A stretch of DNA of 64,000 bases. It comes from Botryllus schlosseri (taxonomy: Eukaryota). A program made the translations under genes and the position numbers. Below are positions 40,701-52,950 of the stretch, piece by piece; within the stretch, counting starts at the first letter, position 1; the number at the start of each line of letters is the position of its first letter. Where the stretch lies: positions 37,636,001 to 37,700,000 of the forward strand of contig CM119372.1 in NCBI GenBank assembly GCA_051294905.1. The letters are read 5' to 3'. The notes under the pieces are model-generated. The model ran no database searches, was not told the DNA's origin, and worked only from the letters and a program-made list of their open reading frames with translations.

Positions 40701-43700
40701 ATGAATTCAAATTTGGTGTGCGTCGTTTTTCAAGGCAACCTACCGATTTAATCACTTAGCCAGCAAGATTCAAGAAAAAAGAATATTTTTGAACAGCCCT
40801 AATGTATATATATATATAGTAACATTCTCATCAACATTAGGACATAATTCAAAATGATTTCCAACAGAGTTGATCGAAGTGGCTTAGTTGTTGCTACTAC
40901 AGCCCATAAGGTGCAGTGTATAATTGCCAATGCCAAAAATATGACAAAAAAACTACTAGTAGAAGTAGAAAGGTGTGGGAACCACTCAAGTCCGTATTGT
41001 TTACTGTTGGATTGTCACGAGGCCAATCGCAGTGTACAACTCTTGCCTATAATACTGAAAGACGAATATCCCCACAAATTGGTACGTAGTGGTATATTTA
41101 AACACTGTAACCCAACCGAATCGTGGATTTTATTTTGACAATTCGAAGCTATTACTGAAGCTACTTGGCTAAATTTTACGACGATTTCGGTTCTAAGAGT
41201 AATGCAAAACTACTCAGCAAACTTGAGTGGTTTATAATTGAAGCTTTTCAAATGAAGTCGGAAGTTGGCCTACACTCCACTAATTTCGCTTCCTAACCCA
41301 TTTCAATTGAATAAGTCGAATGCACAAGCCCATATATAGATATACCTCGTGGTGAAGTGATATCTATTGGCGTCTACAGTCTGTGGGGCTGGTAATACCC
41401 ACTCTTTCGCTAATTGCTTATAGACCCGGAGCTACGATACTTGCGCGACAAGTTTTGTGTGATTCAAATGTGTCAATATCAGACTCACGGTGATGTTGAC
41501 GCTCGCGATGTCATTGCCCCATTTCAGCAGAACCGTTTTATCGTCGTCAAGATATTGCTGTCCGCCGTACAACGTGTTGGAGTCAAAATCGTCGCCTACA
41601 ATCAACAAGCATTTGGTGGTATCAAAATTCAAAAACTTTTGAGTATAATGACGCTATTTCAGTCATACAAGTCATTTCAATCAAACGAAATGCGTACATC
41701 TGATATAACGACGAAGAGCTGCTTAATCACCTGTATAATATATATCATCTTCGCTGCCGTCTTCATGCGTCAGATCCGTGACCACGCTACCTGTAGATGT
41801 GTGTCAGGTCATGAAAGCCTACGTACAACGATTAACTCTTCGCAGTCTTACCGCGATTTAGAAAGTGATAATTAACAGGACTTGGACCTCCGACCAAGTC
41901 ATAGATTCCCATGGCGTAGATAAAGAATAACTTTCCCGCAGTCTGCAAGCAGTTCGACATTATAGTGGTACCTAACATTCATACTGGGGGTGATAAATAT
42001 AGTCTGATCACGGCATGCTTACTTTAATAGACTTAATGTCGAACTGATCCGATACTTCTAGATATCGGGTGAATTTCACCGTCGTGTGAGTGCCGTTTTC
42101 CATGCCGGAAAGCAAGTGAACATCTTGCGATGCTTCGACGATCGGAACGTAATTTCCAGTTGCAAAAGCATCCTGAATAAACAATTTCGATTATATGATA
42201 TGCATAATTACTGGGCTATATCCAATTCCTCGTCGGAAATCCATCACATGAGATGTATTAGTAAGCAAGCAGTTATGTAAATGTTTTCTAGTTGCACTGT
42301 TGTATGACGTGTTTTTGGTTTTAGATCTTTTTCTACTTCCCTGTAGCGAATGTTCAGTTGGCCCAGGATGAAGTTTACCTCTACTTTTCATTTTCGCGAA
42401 GTATATAGTAAAGTGTTCCGATAAACTTGCATGGTTTATTGGAGCATAATCATTTCAAATCATATGAGGCTTTACTGGGTTGTTACCAAGTCACAAGGTT
42501 CCGAACCACAAGTCAATCTCACTATTGTAGTTTTGACTCGAGTCAAGTCGAGTGATTTTCAATGCATCACCAAGTCAAGTCCGAGTCCAAGTTGGCTAGT
42601 AGAGGGTCGAGTCCGAGTCATAATGTTTTGACTCGAGTCCGAGTCCAAGTCATTATGTTCACTGTTAGTGTTTTCAGTTCAATCCAGTTCAACCCGCGTT
42701 TCTCAACTCTGTTCGAGTGATAGAGAATGGCTCCCTTTCATAATATTGCAATCATCCTAGCTCGTAACGGTTTCTGGTCCTATTTTTCAAATATCGGGAC
42801 TGATAGATGAAATAGTAATAATGTTGCAACATTACTGTTCTTCGAAGTTGCAATGAAATGTCTCTCTTGGCCGTCCTAGTCTCGGCATTGAAGCCGCTAT
42901 AAAAACTACAGCATCAAGTCATCCGCATTATAGCCAGGGCCCCAAAGGGACCGGGATGTATGTCCAACATATCACTGCTCAAAAAACTCTGTGTCCTAAA
43001 CATAAAAGATACGCGGAAACTGTAAATTGCAAAGTTTATGTATCAGTTGCACTGCGGCCACTGCCCCGGAAACTTCAATGACTTCTTTACCTCGCTGTGT
43101 AAAGTGCATAAGTACGACACACGCGTGTCCACGTCGTCCAACCATGGTGTGGACACAGGGAGAGTGTACGGCTCACTGCATTTGGGTTACGTCAGGGGTT
43201 CTCAACCTTGGGGGGCGCCCTCCTTGGGGGGCGCGGGAAGCTCTCAGGGGGGGGGGCGAGAAATTGACCACGTCTGTATGAATTCTGACTAAGAATGTGC
43301 TTCTCAATCATTCTGAGAAGACGATTGTTAAAGATGAAACTTATTTCGTATTCAAGAAATCTCGCCAAATTCTAACTCCAGCAGTCGCGCTCAACGGAGT
43401 ATAAGCTGATTTCAACTTCATTTGAGCAAATTTTTGATATTCTTTCAAAATTTGGAGCAATTCCCACGTGCAGGTCATTCATTACTTCATAGCTTGGGCA
43501 GTAGCCTAAAGTTCGGTGCGCTGGGTAGCTGTTGCTAATAATTGGCGAACTTCACTGGCCAAGACAGATTTAGATGCAAGTTGCACGGTTTCGCCCTCCG
43601 TTAAGCTACCCTAAATAAACACAATTTATTCAATTCCAAAAGTGATCAAATTTAGCATGGCAGTACAGAACGATGCCGTGCTCTCTATAGTCACTACCAG

Positions 43701-46700
43701 CATTAGGATTAGTCTCAGTGCAACCTACCTTGAAATAATCTGATGTCCTGTTCAATGTTTTTTTGCTATTTTCAAACAAGTTTGGGGAAATTTGCCAGAA
43801 ATGTTAGAGACTCAACAACTGGAATGCGGATTCAAACTGGGCGCAAGACATACCATATCTATACTATTAGATCAGGGAAGGGCAACCTGTTGCTGTAGAA
43901 GGGAATTTGTACGACCGTCGACACCTAATTGAATTAGTATGTGTTGGCATCCGTGGACATGCAAATTGAAATTACGACTTCACTGCCGAATTTTTGAGAG
44001 ATTTTAATTCATCTTGAAATTTTCTTCACACTCCGCTCAATTCAACATAACTTGATTTTTCGATTTTGATATAGTAGCGCCCTTCTCACTCTGGGCCGGA
44101 ATCGTGTGCTCCTCACGAAAGAAATTTGTTTATGGTACATTTGGATGATTTTAATATATTTCGACTACCGATACAATCGACAATCCTGATCGGGGGTCGA
44201 GAAATAACAGCATGCAACCAAGTGACTAATAACATTTGGCCCACCCGAAGATGCATTGTCATTTATAACTTGCCCTACATTTTAAAATACACTCCCTCAA
44301 TGAACCCTACCTGTGTATCTGATCACATGGGCTAAGAGAGGATAAATATTTGATAATAATATGTGATACTGCTACTATTAATCACGGAATTCATTCGTGA
44401 ATCTGAAAAATTTTCGCGCTCAGCGTGTCAATAAACAATCCCAGCATCTATTCATAACATTGCGACTCGCGATTTCGGTACGTACAAAAGGCTTTTGCTA
44501 AAAGTATAATAGTCCGGATTCCAGAGTTCACCGGCAATGGATATGGACAGATTAGGTATTTCGCGTCCAGTTAGTTCATTACGGCTATGCCCTGGAATGC
44601 GGCCTTGGGCTACATAAGTAGGCTAATCAAAATGGGCCGTGATTAGCAAAAAGGTTGCCTACCTCTGTACTAGATGATGTGCTCTTTTAGACATGACGAA
44701 AAGTGTAGGGGGGGGGGGGGGGTCAGGGGGGGCGCAATATTTTCGACCATCCCCAAGGGGGGCGCGAGTCCAAAAAGGTTAAGAACCGCTGGGTTACGTC
44801 ATACTTTCCATTTGACGAAAATTCAACTTTACGGCCATTTTTGACCGGCTTGCCGACGGCAAAATTCGATAAAACGGGTATCAATGGAAAGCTGCTGCTG
44901 TACTGATTAGGAAAATATAAATTTTATTCTATTCATAGTCCTGCAACCCCCAAAAATCAGCCTAGTAATTTGCATTGTGTTCGAGTTTTTGCATTGTGAC
45001 GCAACAATTCTGTCTGGCAAAACGAGAGTGAAGCTGAGAAGAAAGAGCCAGACAGACCTGTTGCGTCACAATGACAAAACTCAATAACAATGAATACTTC
45101 TAGGCTGATTTCAGGGGTGCCAGGAATATGAACAGAATAAAATTTATATTTTTGTGATCAGTACATCAGCAGCTTTCCATTGATACCTGTTTTATTGGAT
45201 TTTGCGCTCGGCAAGCCGGTCGAAAATGGCCTTAAAGTTACCTTTGGTCAAATGGAAAGTATGACGTAACCCAAATGCAGTGAGCTGTTCATTCTCGCTG
45301 TGTCCACACCATATAGGACACTATGGTCGAACTATCCTCTGGTTGACAAAAAAGATTATCGCTCTATCAAATAAGCCGGACCTAAAGTGTGTAACAGTAT
45401 CTCGCCGGCTATCCGACAGTTGTCGAGCATGTCCACATTCAAGTCGAAATACAAGCAATTTCCGCTGAATGAATACTAGTCAGCCCTCACCATTTACCGG
45501 ACCACGACCTGACATATCGATCTCGCCATCCGTCGCTTGCCACTTCATATTATATTCTTTTCCTTTCATTGAGTGTGCATGCCTCCTCTTTACATCGCCC
45601 AGGCCCAGGTGGGTGTCTGATCTTAAAACTACTCCTAGTCGTTTCGGCATCTTCCTATCATTCATTGTATTGCAGTCTTGTGATGTTTTCAAGTGATGAA
45701 ATTTTATGAATAAACTTGAACTTGAGCTTGTGTCATATGACTTGGTTCGAGTCATGCAGAATGACTTGAGTACAAGTCGAGTCACCAAAAAATCGCGACT
45801 CTAGTCGACTTACGACTCGACTCATTACAACCCTGAAGCTTTATCAAATTATTCGAAAGTAACTGTAAATCGCGCGTAGGGTCGTGGTAACAGGTAAGGT
45901 GTTGATAGTTTTGAGGACGTGATTCGGTACTTACGTACAAATACGGTCCCTTGTCGTCATACCCAAACATAATAATGTCAGCATTCGTCATTCCATTTAC
46001 TTCTGAAAATCCTATGCCCATCCAACCGCGAGTCTGCCCAGATACCTGTTCGATAGACGGAAACATTGCGAACATAAATAAATGATACACATTGGTGGAG
46101 GTCTAATCAATAGCGTAGCCACGCTGAGTACTTTGACCAACTCTATGGTCTTCAAGATCAGTAGAAGTAGAGAAAATAGCCTTCCGAAACTTCGCGCGTT
46201 TCTGCAATTGAAGCGCCCAAAACTGTAGCTAATTTATAGGTGCGAGCGACCCCGATACGAATAGTAACTGCTCATGCCGAGCTCAAACGTAGCGATAGTT
46301 AAGCGTCTATCCACCTCGAACGTAATATTTCCGTCTGTAATGTTCCAATCTATCTTCATTCTCCCTGTTCCCGATGTGAAGCTCCTTTCAACATGTAATT
46401 CCATTTCTTCAACCTCTCCTCCCCCTTCAACTGGATCTTCCTCTCCTTCTCCTTCCTCGTCTGTACTATCCCCTTCTCCATCTTCGCCACCATGATCGTG
46501 ATCGCCGTGGTCAAGCTCCTCGCCTGCGAATGAATAACTTTGTGTTGCTACCGTTTACATTTGGTACTAGAAGTTATACAGATAGCCTATTCTGACCATA
46601 CATTGTTTGTGTTACTATTATATGCAACATGAAACCTGCATACAACGGGTTCGCATTGACGTTTACGCCACTTTTAATAAATACTTTTGGCCCAATTCTA

Positions 46701-49700
46701 TAGAAAAGTGTGAAATAGATCCGACATTTTTGTAGTCTCGTAAGTTGTGATGTCAACGTCACAGAAACATTCCTAGTGGTAACTACAGAGTGAAACCGAA
46801 ACAATGCCGTCGGAAGGTTATAACGTGTCAAATGAACATGTTATACATTTGCTGTGTCGAGGAAACATTTATGTGAAAGTATATCTTTCTAAAATTCACA
46901 AAATGTGTCGGAACTATTCTGGATAATAATATGAGCATTTTTCAATTTACATTACACAGACTTGCTTCTCGTGCCGGATATAATCGTCTGGCGCGCTGCA
47001 TGTTTGACACCCCTGAGGTTAGGATTAAGGTCGACTCGCGGTTGGGTATACGATTTGGTAATAACTCGGTTAGGGTTGAAGAAGCCAATAAATACGACGT
47101 GCGTGAGAGTTAAAGAGACGAAATAAAAAGTTAGTATTGTAAAGTTACACATGCAAGTCGCATATTATGACCGGTCGCTTTAAATTGCGCTAAAATGTGT
47201 GTTCAAATAGTCAACAATGATCAATAATACTCATATGTATGGTGTCCTTGTTGTTGTCGTTGTTGTAGTTTGTGGTATTCATGGCGTTTGTTGACTACCA
47301 TGGTCATTTACACTGGGCCAATTTTCTTCATTCGTATTCCGAAGGGGGATACTTGTCGCACGGCCCACTTCTAGGCTTTTATAGGACACCGCTTAAACGG
47401 ATGAGATGGCGAGAGAGGTATGATATCCTTTGTCCGATATAAGTAAGAGATTGGTTTCTTAGCATGGCGGGATTCGAATAAGCGCACGCCATCATCCTAA
47501 ATGAGCAGTCAAAAGGAAATGTAACACAGATTTGTACGACATCGCGAGGAGTTAATCATTAAGAATAGCATATTTCAGAATGTGTATGTCTCGAACCGCT
47601 CGTTTGGCAAGATTCTGAACTTTTTTCACGTATAATGAGTCAATGAGCATCGGTGTTGTATTTAAAGGCTCTTATACTCTTATACGAAATGCGGCATGGT
47701 TTGCCAATTATAATGCGCTAAGCTTACCCATCGATTCGGTCTCTGCTGTAGCCACAGTTGCTACCGGCATTGAGGTGTCAGGCATGAACGGCTTCTTTAA
47801 CAAATCCAGAGACATTATACCTGTAGGCAAGTATAAAGCAGCTAAAGGTTGTTGTCATACCCATCATAGAGCAGATTTACTTATCTAGAAAGGTTGTGTT
47901 CAGCATAACCAATATACAGGCCCATCTACATGAGGCTTACATCGCCGGCTCAAAGTTTGCCAGAAAACACATGATCCATGCGTCAAACGTCAAAGAAACT
48001 CACCCCGTTTTCTAAAATGGTATTTGGCTTGCTGTACTGTTTGAGGGTCCGCTGATACATCATACGCAAAAAGGACTCCGACCATTCCTGGCTGTAATCA
48101 GGACTCGATTTTAGTTGAAGAAAGTGAAGATATCTTATAATTTTAAAAGTGATTTCGTACCGTAATTGCAACATCATCATCTCCGTTTCCACTTAGCGTT
48201 CGTCGAAACAAAACAGTGGTGTATCCATCCTTTTCGTCGGCCGAAAGTAGTGTCACATCTTGACTTTGATCAAGCTTTGGTCTAGTATTTCCAATGCCAA
48301 TTGTATCCTGTGAATATTATGTCACCTGACATACTTTTAAGAACTTAATTAGCAGATGTATGGGCGCTTTCCTAAAATAGGTAGTGCATACTCTAAAGTT
48401 TGCAATTTACTAAATGGCAATCCCAGCCGAATGCTGAGTTCAGACTTGCACAAACTGTATATTAGGGTCACCATATTTTGGAATCGGGAAAGGAGGTCAC
48501 TTTTACCAAATCGGAAAAGTTAGCTGGTCAAGACTGAAATCAGCGGATTTTGATATTTTTGCTGGAAAATTTGTGGAGTTGACTAAAAAAAAGGTCATCA
48601 CTTTCGTTCGTCTTCCGATTTACGCACTTTTTACTTCAATTTAGTGGGTTGTCAAAATGCGCGACTAGAACGATAACTGGAACTGAGGGCCTAAAAAAAA
48701 TCCGCGACTAATCGACTAAAACACTGCTAACTAATAACTGATAATAGCGATTTATGAATTGCAATTGACCGAAGACATCTGAGAGATAGAATCGAAATTT
48801 CAAAAGAACAGATTTTTAAGGTTTTAAATGGTTAGTAGTTATGACTCTGAGCCAGCAACGGCTGCTAGAGCATGACACAACATATTAACTGTGATGCGAT
48901 CCTTGCAAAACGACGACGTTTTCTAGCTGATCTACAAGTAAAGTTTTTTATGAGCACAACTAGAACTAGAACTAGAACTATTAAAAAACCAGTAATTAAT
49001 CGACCTTCAACTAACGAGATTGATAGTTTGTACATGTATGAGTGAGTATCATAACACTTTTACCCTCACATGATTAGGCAAATACAAATATGCGCACTTA
49101 CAAAAATGTAATTCGTTCCGTCATCATAAACACCAGCCATTACAATGTCCGCACCCCTCATACCCCTGGTGACTCCTGGCTTGTGTATGCCAAGTCCCAC
49201 CCATCCTGTTGTTTTTGCTCGAAGCTGAAATTGACGTAATCATTTGTTTTCACTACTACACATTCTGTTGGATAAGGTGTTGCGCCGCTTGATAGCGGAA
49301 AATATGAATCGTTCGCGCAGCAACGTTATCTGTTTACGAGACAGAGTTTCTGCGATGGACACTAGGGATGGGGCAAACTCAGGTACGGGGACTAGTATAT
49401 ACGTACACGTCTATCACGTGTCGCGAAATACAAAACATCTAATCGGTATAACTTATGCGCCCAACTGTATGTGATCACAAATTTGATGGTATTTTCCCGA
49501 CTCCCCCTCTGGGTCTCGACGCAGCATGTACCCTCATGCACTAACCTAGGTTCGAAGCAACCCCGTGGAATGAATTGGTGGCTCACTAAAAATGGTTGAC
49601 TTATAGTTTGAATTACGATAGAACTCGACATACCAGATAATTAGCCAGCGTGGGTATTAAATTGGAAGTACACGCGATGCCGTAAATGTCCACTTTAGCA

Positions 49701-50422
49701 ATTAAAGGTATAGGCGTATAGAGACTTCCAAATCATGTCGAAACCACTGTAAGAGGAAGTACAAAACGAAGGTATGAGCGGTACTGAAGTAATTAGTTTC
49801 ACATAGTAGATTTCATCAACGGATTGTTGGGGAGCAGTTAATCGAATGCGGCCATACACATAACTGTAAGATTCGTCGTCAAGTGACCGAGGAATTTGAT
49901 GACACTACAAATATAGGTAAAAGTTTCGAAAATACTTCAGTCACGGTGACAGACGGTTTGATTGAACACGGTTCCCGTGACATTTTGACCCGTAAAATCA
50001 TATCTTCAATATATTTCTACTATACAAAATACGAAATGTAAAACTAGGTAGTTTTTATTAAAGACTGTTTCGTTAAAATCGAAATCGCCAAAACACATAA
50101 CAAATTGATAAATATAGTGTACGCAGATTAAAATTGCTGGTAGCCTACTCTCAAAAAAGTAGACGTCGTTCGTTACGGCGGATCATCAAAAACATCAAGC
50201 TTCTAACATTGTTGAGTTGCGCGTTTAAGTTCGTAGTTTTTGTTCTGGGGCTGATACCTTGAATATGATGTACCCAGCTCCTGCAGTCCATTCCAAGTCG
50301 AAGTCGCTCATAAGAGTTACTTTATGTTCGAATGAGGTCGAAGTCGAGATTGGATCTGTATCTGCTACTATTTCATGGCAGTTGGCCAAAAGCAAGCAGA
50401 CCAGAATTGCCTTGAAAATCAT
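25736..50422 (-). CDS. Secreted tetra-DOMON-domain protein (putative multi-heme b-type protein), ~748 aa, 20 coding exons
   Basis: Exons assembled by hand, all GT-AG and phase-compatible: 50422-50258, 49224-49102, 48307-48161, 48091-48004, 47820-47728 | 46523-46315, 46045-45935, 42172-42023, 41942-41852, 41790-41731 | 41595-41489, 40238-40122, 40049-39903, 37875-37785, 37102-37067 | 35703-35603, 34937-34827, 31967-31818, 26567-26480, 25797-25736 (total 2247 nt). Signal peptide MIFKAILVCLLLANCHEIVA. Each repeat has the DOMON motifs: W strand, GW(V/M/I)G(L/I/F)G, M..(A/S)D(I/M), D....P..(D/E).S.DV, (F/Y/W)A, YH...(R/K)G. The terminal exon (GAVQTLNPFRVQVKSLWHDI*) is the least certain. Confidence 0.88.
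26680..28607. mobile_element. MITE with CCGACT(CCGACT) arrays containing a nested hAT MITE (27564-28383)
   Basis: TIRs CAGGGCTGTGGA / TCCACAGCCCTG; the inner element CAGGGGTCGCCAACC / GTTTGGCCGCCCCTG is related to 60904-62123. Confidence 0.8.
28785..30038. mobile_element. hAT MITE (CAGTGGTTCCCAAC TIRs) with an internal GACTCGAGTC-family piece and a PLE tail
   Basis: TSD ATCTAGTT on the left; the right TSD is split at its TA by the next element. Confidence 0.8.
30044..31047. mobile_element. TA-targeting (Tc1/mariner/pogo-like) MITE
   Basis: TIRs CCGTAAACCGGGGTAA..TTTGGACA / TGTCCAAAGTTACCCCGGTTTACGG, flanked by TA on both sides. Confidence 0.85.
32548..34759. mobile_element. hAT-type non-autonomous element
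   Basis: TIRs CAGTGCTTTTCAACC / GGTTGAAAAGCCCTG; perfect TSD CTGTAACT. Confidence 0.8.
35011..35525. mobile_element. MITE with GACTCGAGTC arrays
   Basis: TIRs CAGGGTTGTA / TACAACCCTG; perfect TSD GAAAAACC. Confidence 0.88.
35824..35867 (-). ncRNA. Mirror copy of the hammerhead ribozyme on the minus strand
   Basis: Exact reverse complement of 36472-36515. Confidence 0.8.
36472..36515 (+). ncRNA. Minimal type I hammerhead ribozyme (PLE pLTR)
   Basis: gctgacgatt-accc-CTGACGA(36486-36492)-g-tgtcagc-c-GAAA-atat-TC-gggt. Predicted cleavage after C36511; palindromic AATATT stem III. Confidence 0.8.
36742..36920. mobile_element. Short MITE (TGTTCCCTCTA TIRs)
   Basis: TSD CTGTGAGG on both sides; an inverted homolog lies at ~32296-32488. 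Confidence 0.75.
38979..39857. mobile_element. hAT MITE
   Basis: Ends GGGGTGTCAAAC / GTTTGGCACCCTTG with CGGGCCGG subterminal motifs. Confidence 0.65.
40280..40801. mobile_element. Foldback MITE with ~150-bp arms
   Basis: TAGGGCTGTTCAAAAAT...GAATTTGCCCAAAA and its reverse complement; a degraded relative lies near 23820-24260. Confidence 0.85.
42475..45835. mobile_element. GACTCGAGTC-family MITE hosting three further nested elements
   Basis: Ends CTGGGTTGT / ACAACCCTG, TSD AGGCTTTA/AAGCTTTA. Contains a foldback (~43143-45325), hAT 43193-44791 (TSD GGTTACGT) and hAT 43873-44667 (TSD TATTAGAT/TACTAGAT). Confidence 0.8.
47247..47495 (-). mobile_element. SINE of the same family, intronic
   Basis: Shared body (GCGGTGTC..AAAAGCCTAGAAGTGGGCCGTG...ATGACCATGGTAGTCAACAAACGCCATGAATACC) and a (CAA)n tail. 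Confidence 0.7.
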
Positions 50423-50557
50423 GTTCTAGAGATATTTGTTGAATCTGCACAGGAATATAGCAATTGACATTATTTCTTCCGCTCGTCAGGGATTGGGGAT
50501 GACCACTGACACATCAGGGTATAAAACACAATCATGGGTTATATGCAACCCCTAGAC

Positions 50558-50926
50558 CAGTGGTTCCCAACGTGGGCGATTTGGCGGTCTAGGGGGGCGA
50601 AAATGACGAAGGGGGCGATAGGGGGCGAAAATAGCGAAGGGGGCGACAGGGGGCGAAAATAGCGAAGGGGGCGATGACGCGTTAAAACGGCTATATTGCA
50701 GCCAAGTCGGAGAATTGACCTATTTTTTTTTTAGCCAACCCACGAAAATTTAGTTGCAAAAGCGTAAAAATCGACATTGAGCCGAAAAGTTGACCTTTTT
50801 TTTTTAGTCAACCCGCCGGTGATTCCAGTTTGTATACCGATTTTTCGGTTCACAAAATTTGTGGGGCGATGATCGGCGTTGAGCTTGAAAAGGGGGTGAT
50901 GAATCGAAAAAGGTTGGGAACCACTG
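50558..50926. mobile_element. hAT MITE with internal GGGGGCGA repeats
   Basis: TIRs CAGTGGTTCCCAAC / GTTGGGAACCACTG; perfect TSD CCCTAGAC. Confidence 0.88.
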
Positions 50927-51069
50927 CCCTAGACGTATGCCTTCAACGTGCGGATGCATCTGACAGACTGCCAGATAGAAGTTTATTTCCAGATACAAGA
51001 AAGTATTGCGGTGAAATGGTGGCCTGCGATACGACCATCAGGTCATCAAGTTAACTGGTCACCTTATAC

Positions 51070-52950
51070 AATATACAGTCACATATAGGCCTATATGCAA
51101 GACGAATTACATATATCCCATATATGTATATTGTATATCTATAATGGTGAAATAAGAAGTAAACGGTGCAAATGGTACCAACGGTATGGAAATGAAGAAA
51201 CAAAAACAAGACCAATCAGGTTGAGATTGCGAGAGATGCTTTATATAACGATATCTAAATTCATTTAAAGACATATTTTTGAATTCAGTTTGAGACTCGC
51301 CCCAGAGTTCTGGGCCTGAAAAGACTATAGATCTTTGAGCCATTGAAGACACACGTGGGATAAAGTAGTTGTTAGAGGATGCAGATCTGGTATTATATCT
51401 ATATGGACATCCTTTTAGAGAAGGCATCGGAAATATTGACATTATGGTATCTATGCATCAACTGAGAAATTTCTAAAGAGCACATTTTAGGAACTGGTAA
51501 TATGTTGAGGGATCTGTAAGCTTGCTGAACAGTGAACACTATCTGTGGCCCTAGGCGGCATATTGAGCGGATAGCTATATTTTGTCGCACTGACAAGTTA
51601 TGGAAGTACGTTTTGAAAATTGTGCCCAAAAAAATATTACCATATTAACGGGTGAGGATGAATTAGGGAAAAGTATAAAGGTTTTAGAGCTGATCTGGGA
51701 AGGAAACGAGATACCCGTGACAGCACACCACAAGCACGAGAAACTTTTGAAACTTTAATTTAATATGTGATTTTCAAGATTTATCATTGTCAAATTGTGT
51801 CCCTAGATATTTCACAGTGGAGGTTGGTTTCACAGTGATGCCATGTATAGTTATTGCAAAAGTGGGTGTCTGTCTGGGCGGTGTCTTATTGTTGCTAATC
51901 AACAGCTGAGATTTGAAAGGGTATATTAGTAGTTAATTGACATTCATCCAAGTGACAATGTTTCCATTTCAGAGTTGACTGTATGTTGGAGAGAAGCTAG
52001 GTCATAATTGCGGGCAAATAAGCACGCATCGTCTGCAAAGAGAGTCGTGTGGAACTTTGATGCATTTGGCAGATCATTAATGTACATTATAAATAGAATT
52101 GGTCCCAAAATTGAGCCTTGGGGAGCACCTGTCTCGATTTTTCCATAATGAAAGGAAGATGACATATGATGGTCAATGCACTGTGAGCGGTCTGAAATAT
52201 GAGATCGAATTAATTCTAGAGATTTACCTAATATACCGTAACGCTGTAATTTTTAAAGTAATAAAGAATCCACGCCAAATGCTTTTCTCAAATCCAAAAA
52301 TATTCTACAGCAAACATCGTTAGAGCCAAAAGTTGAATAATGTTTAGTAATGAGATGAGTAATGCCTTGATTTGTGTCGGTGTTATATGGAAAGCCAAAT
52401 TGGCTACTCGATATCAGGGAATTTCGTTCAAAGAATGTCACCAATCTTTCAAAGATGAGTTTCTCATATAAAATAGAAATACAAGAAAGAACTGAGATTC
52501 GCCTGTAACTATTCATGTCGGTTTTAGCTCCAAACCTGTGAACAGGAATAATTTTAGCAATTTTCAAAGCAGTTGGGAAAATTGACAATTTTATACATTG
52601 GTTGAAATAATGGGCTAACGTGGGCCCAATGGCAGGAATGAGAGTTTTTAGTAGTATGGTAGAAATTTTATCATGACGCTCCGCTTTTCCTGTTTTCATA
52701 TCTCTAACTATTTTATAGATCTCTTCCTCACTTTTGTCAGTTATAAAAAAAATAACGAATCTATGCATGACCTGCAGTAAACCAATGGGGATATATGCGG
52801 GTGATTGACACAAGAAGAAGCCAATTTGTAGCCTATCGAAACGAAATGTTCATTGAGTGACTGTGAGATACTGCAAGGTTCACTATCTTGGTGCCGTCGT
52901 CTTTGATGATATTGAGTGGCAAGTTTGTGTCGGTACGTTTTACATTAATC
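51070..52950 (-). mobile_element. Decayed CR1/L2-type LINE, 5'-truncated (RT domain and C-terminus)
   Basis: FPTALKIAKIIPVH...YRRISVLS..SILYEK...QFGF...IFLDLRKAF, GAPQGSILGPILFIMYINDLP...LFADDA, YNTRSAS...FSGPELW; several frameshifts. Confidence 0.9.

Noticed and set aside
45480..45676. ORF segment DCNTMNDRKMPKRL...YNMKWQATDGEI as an extra DOMON exon
   Set aside because: There is no in-phase AG acceptor, it lies inside the 42475-45835 MITE, and exon 46045-45935 joins 42172 cleanly.
50422..50447. SL trans-splicing implied by acceptors just upstream of the ATGs (also 20097 and 58137)
   Set aside because: Cannot be decided from sequence. Plausible upstream cis donors or TATA boxes exist (donors near 54103/54168; TATAAATA at 57987 and 20111-20118).
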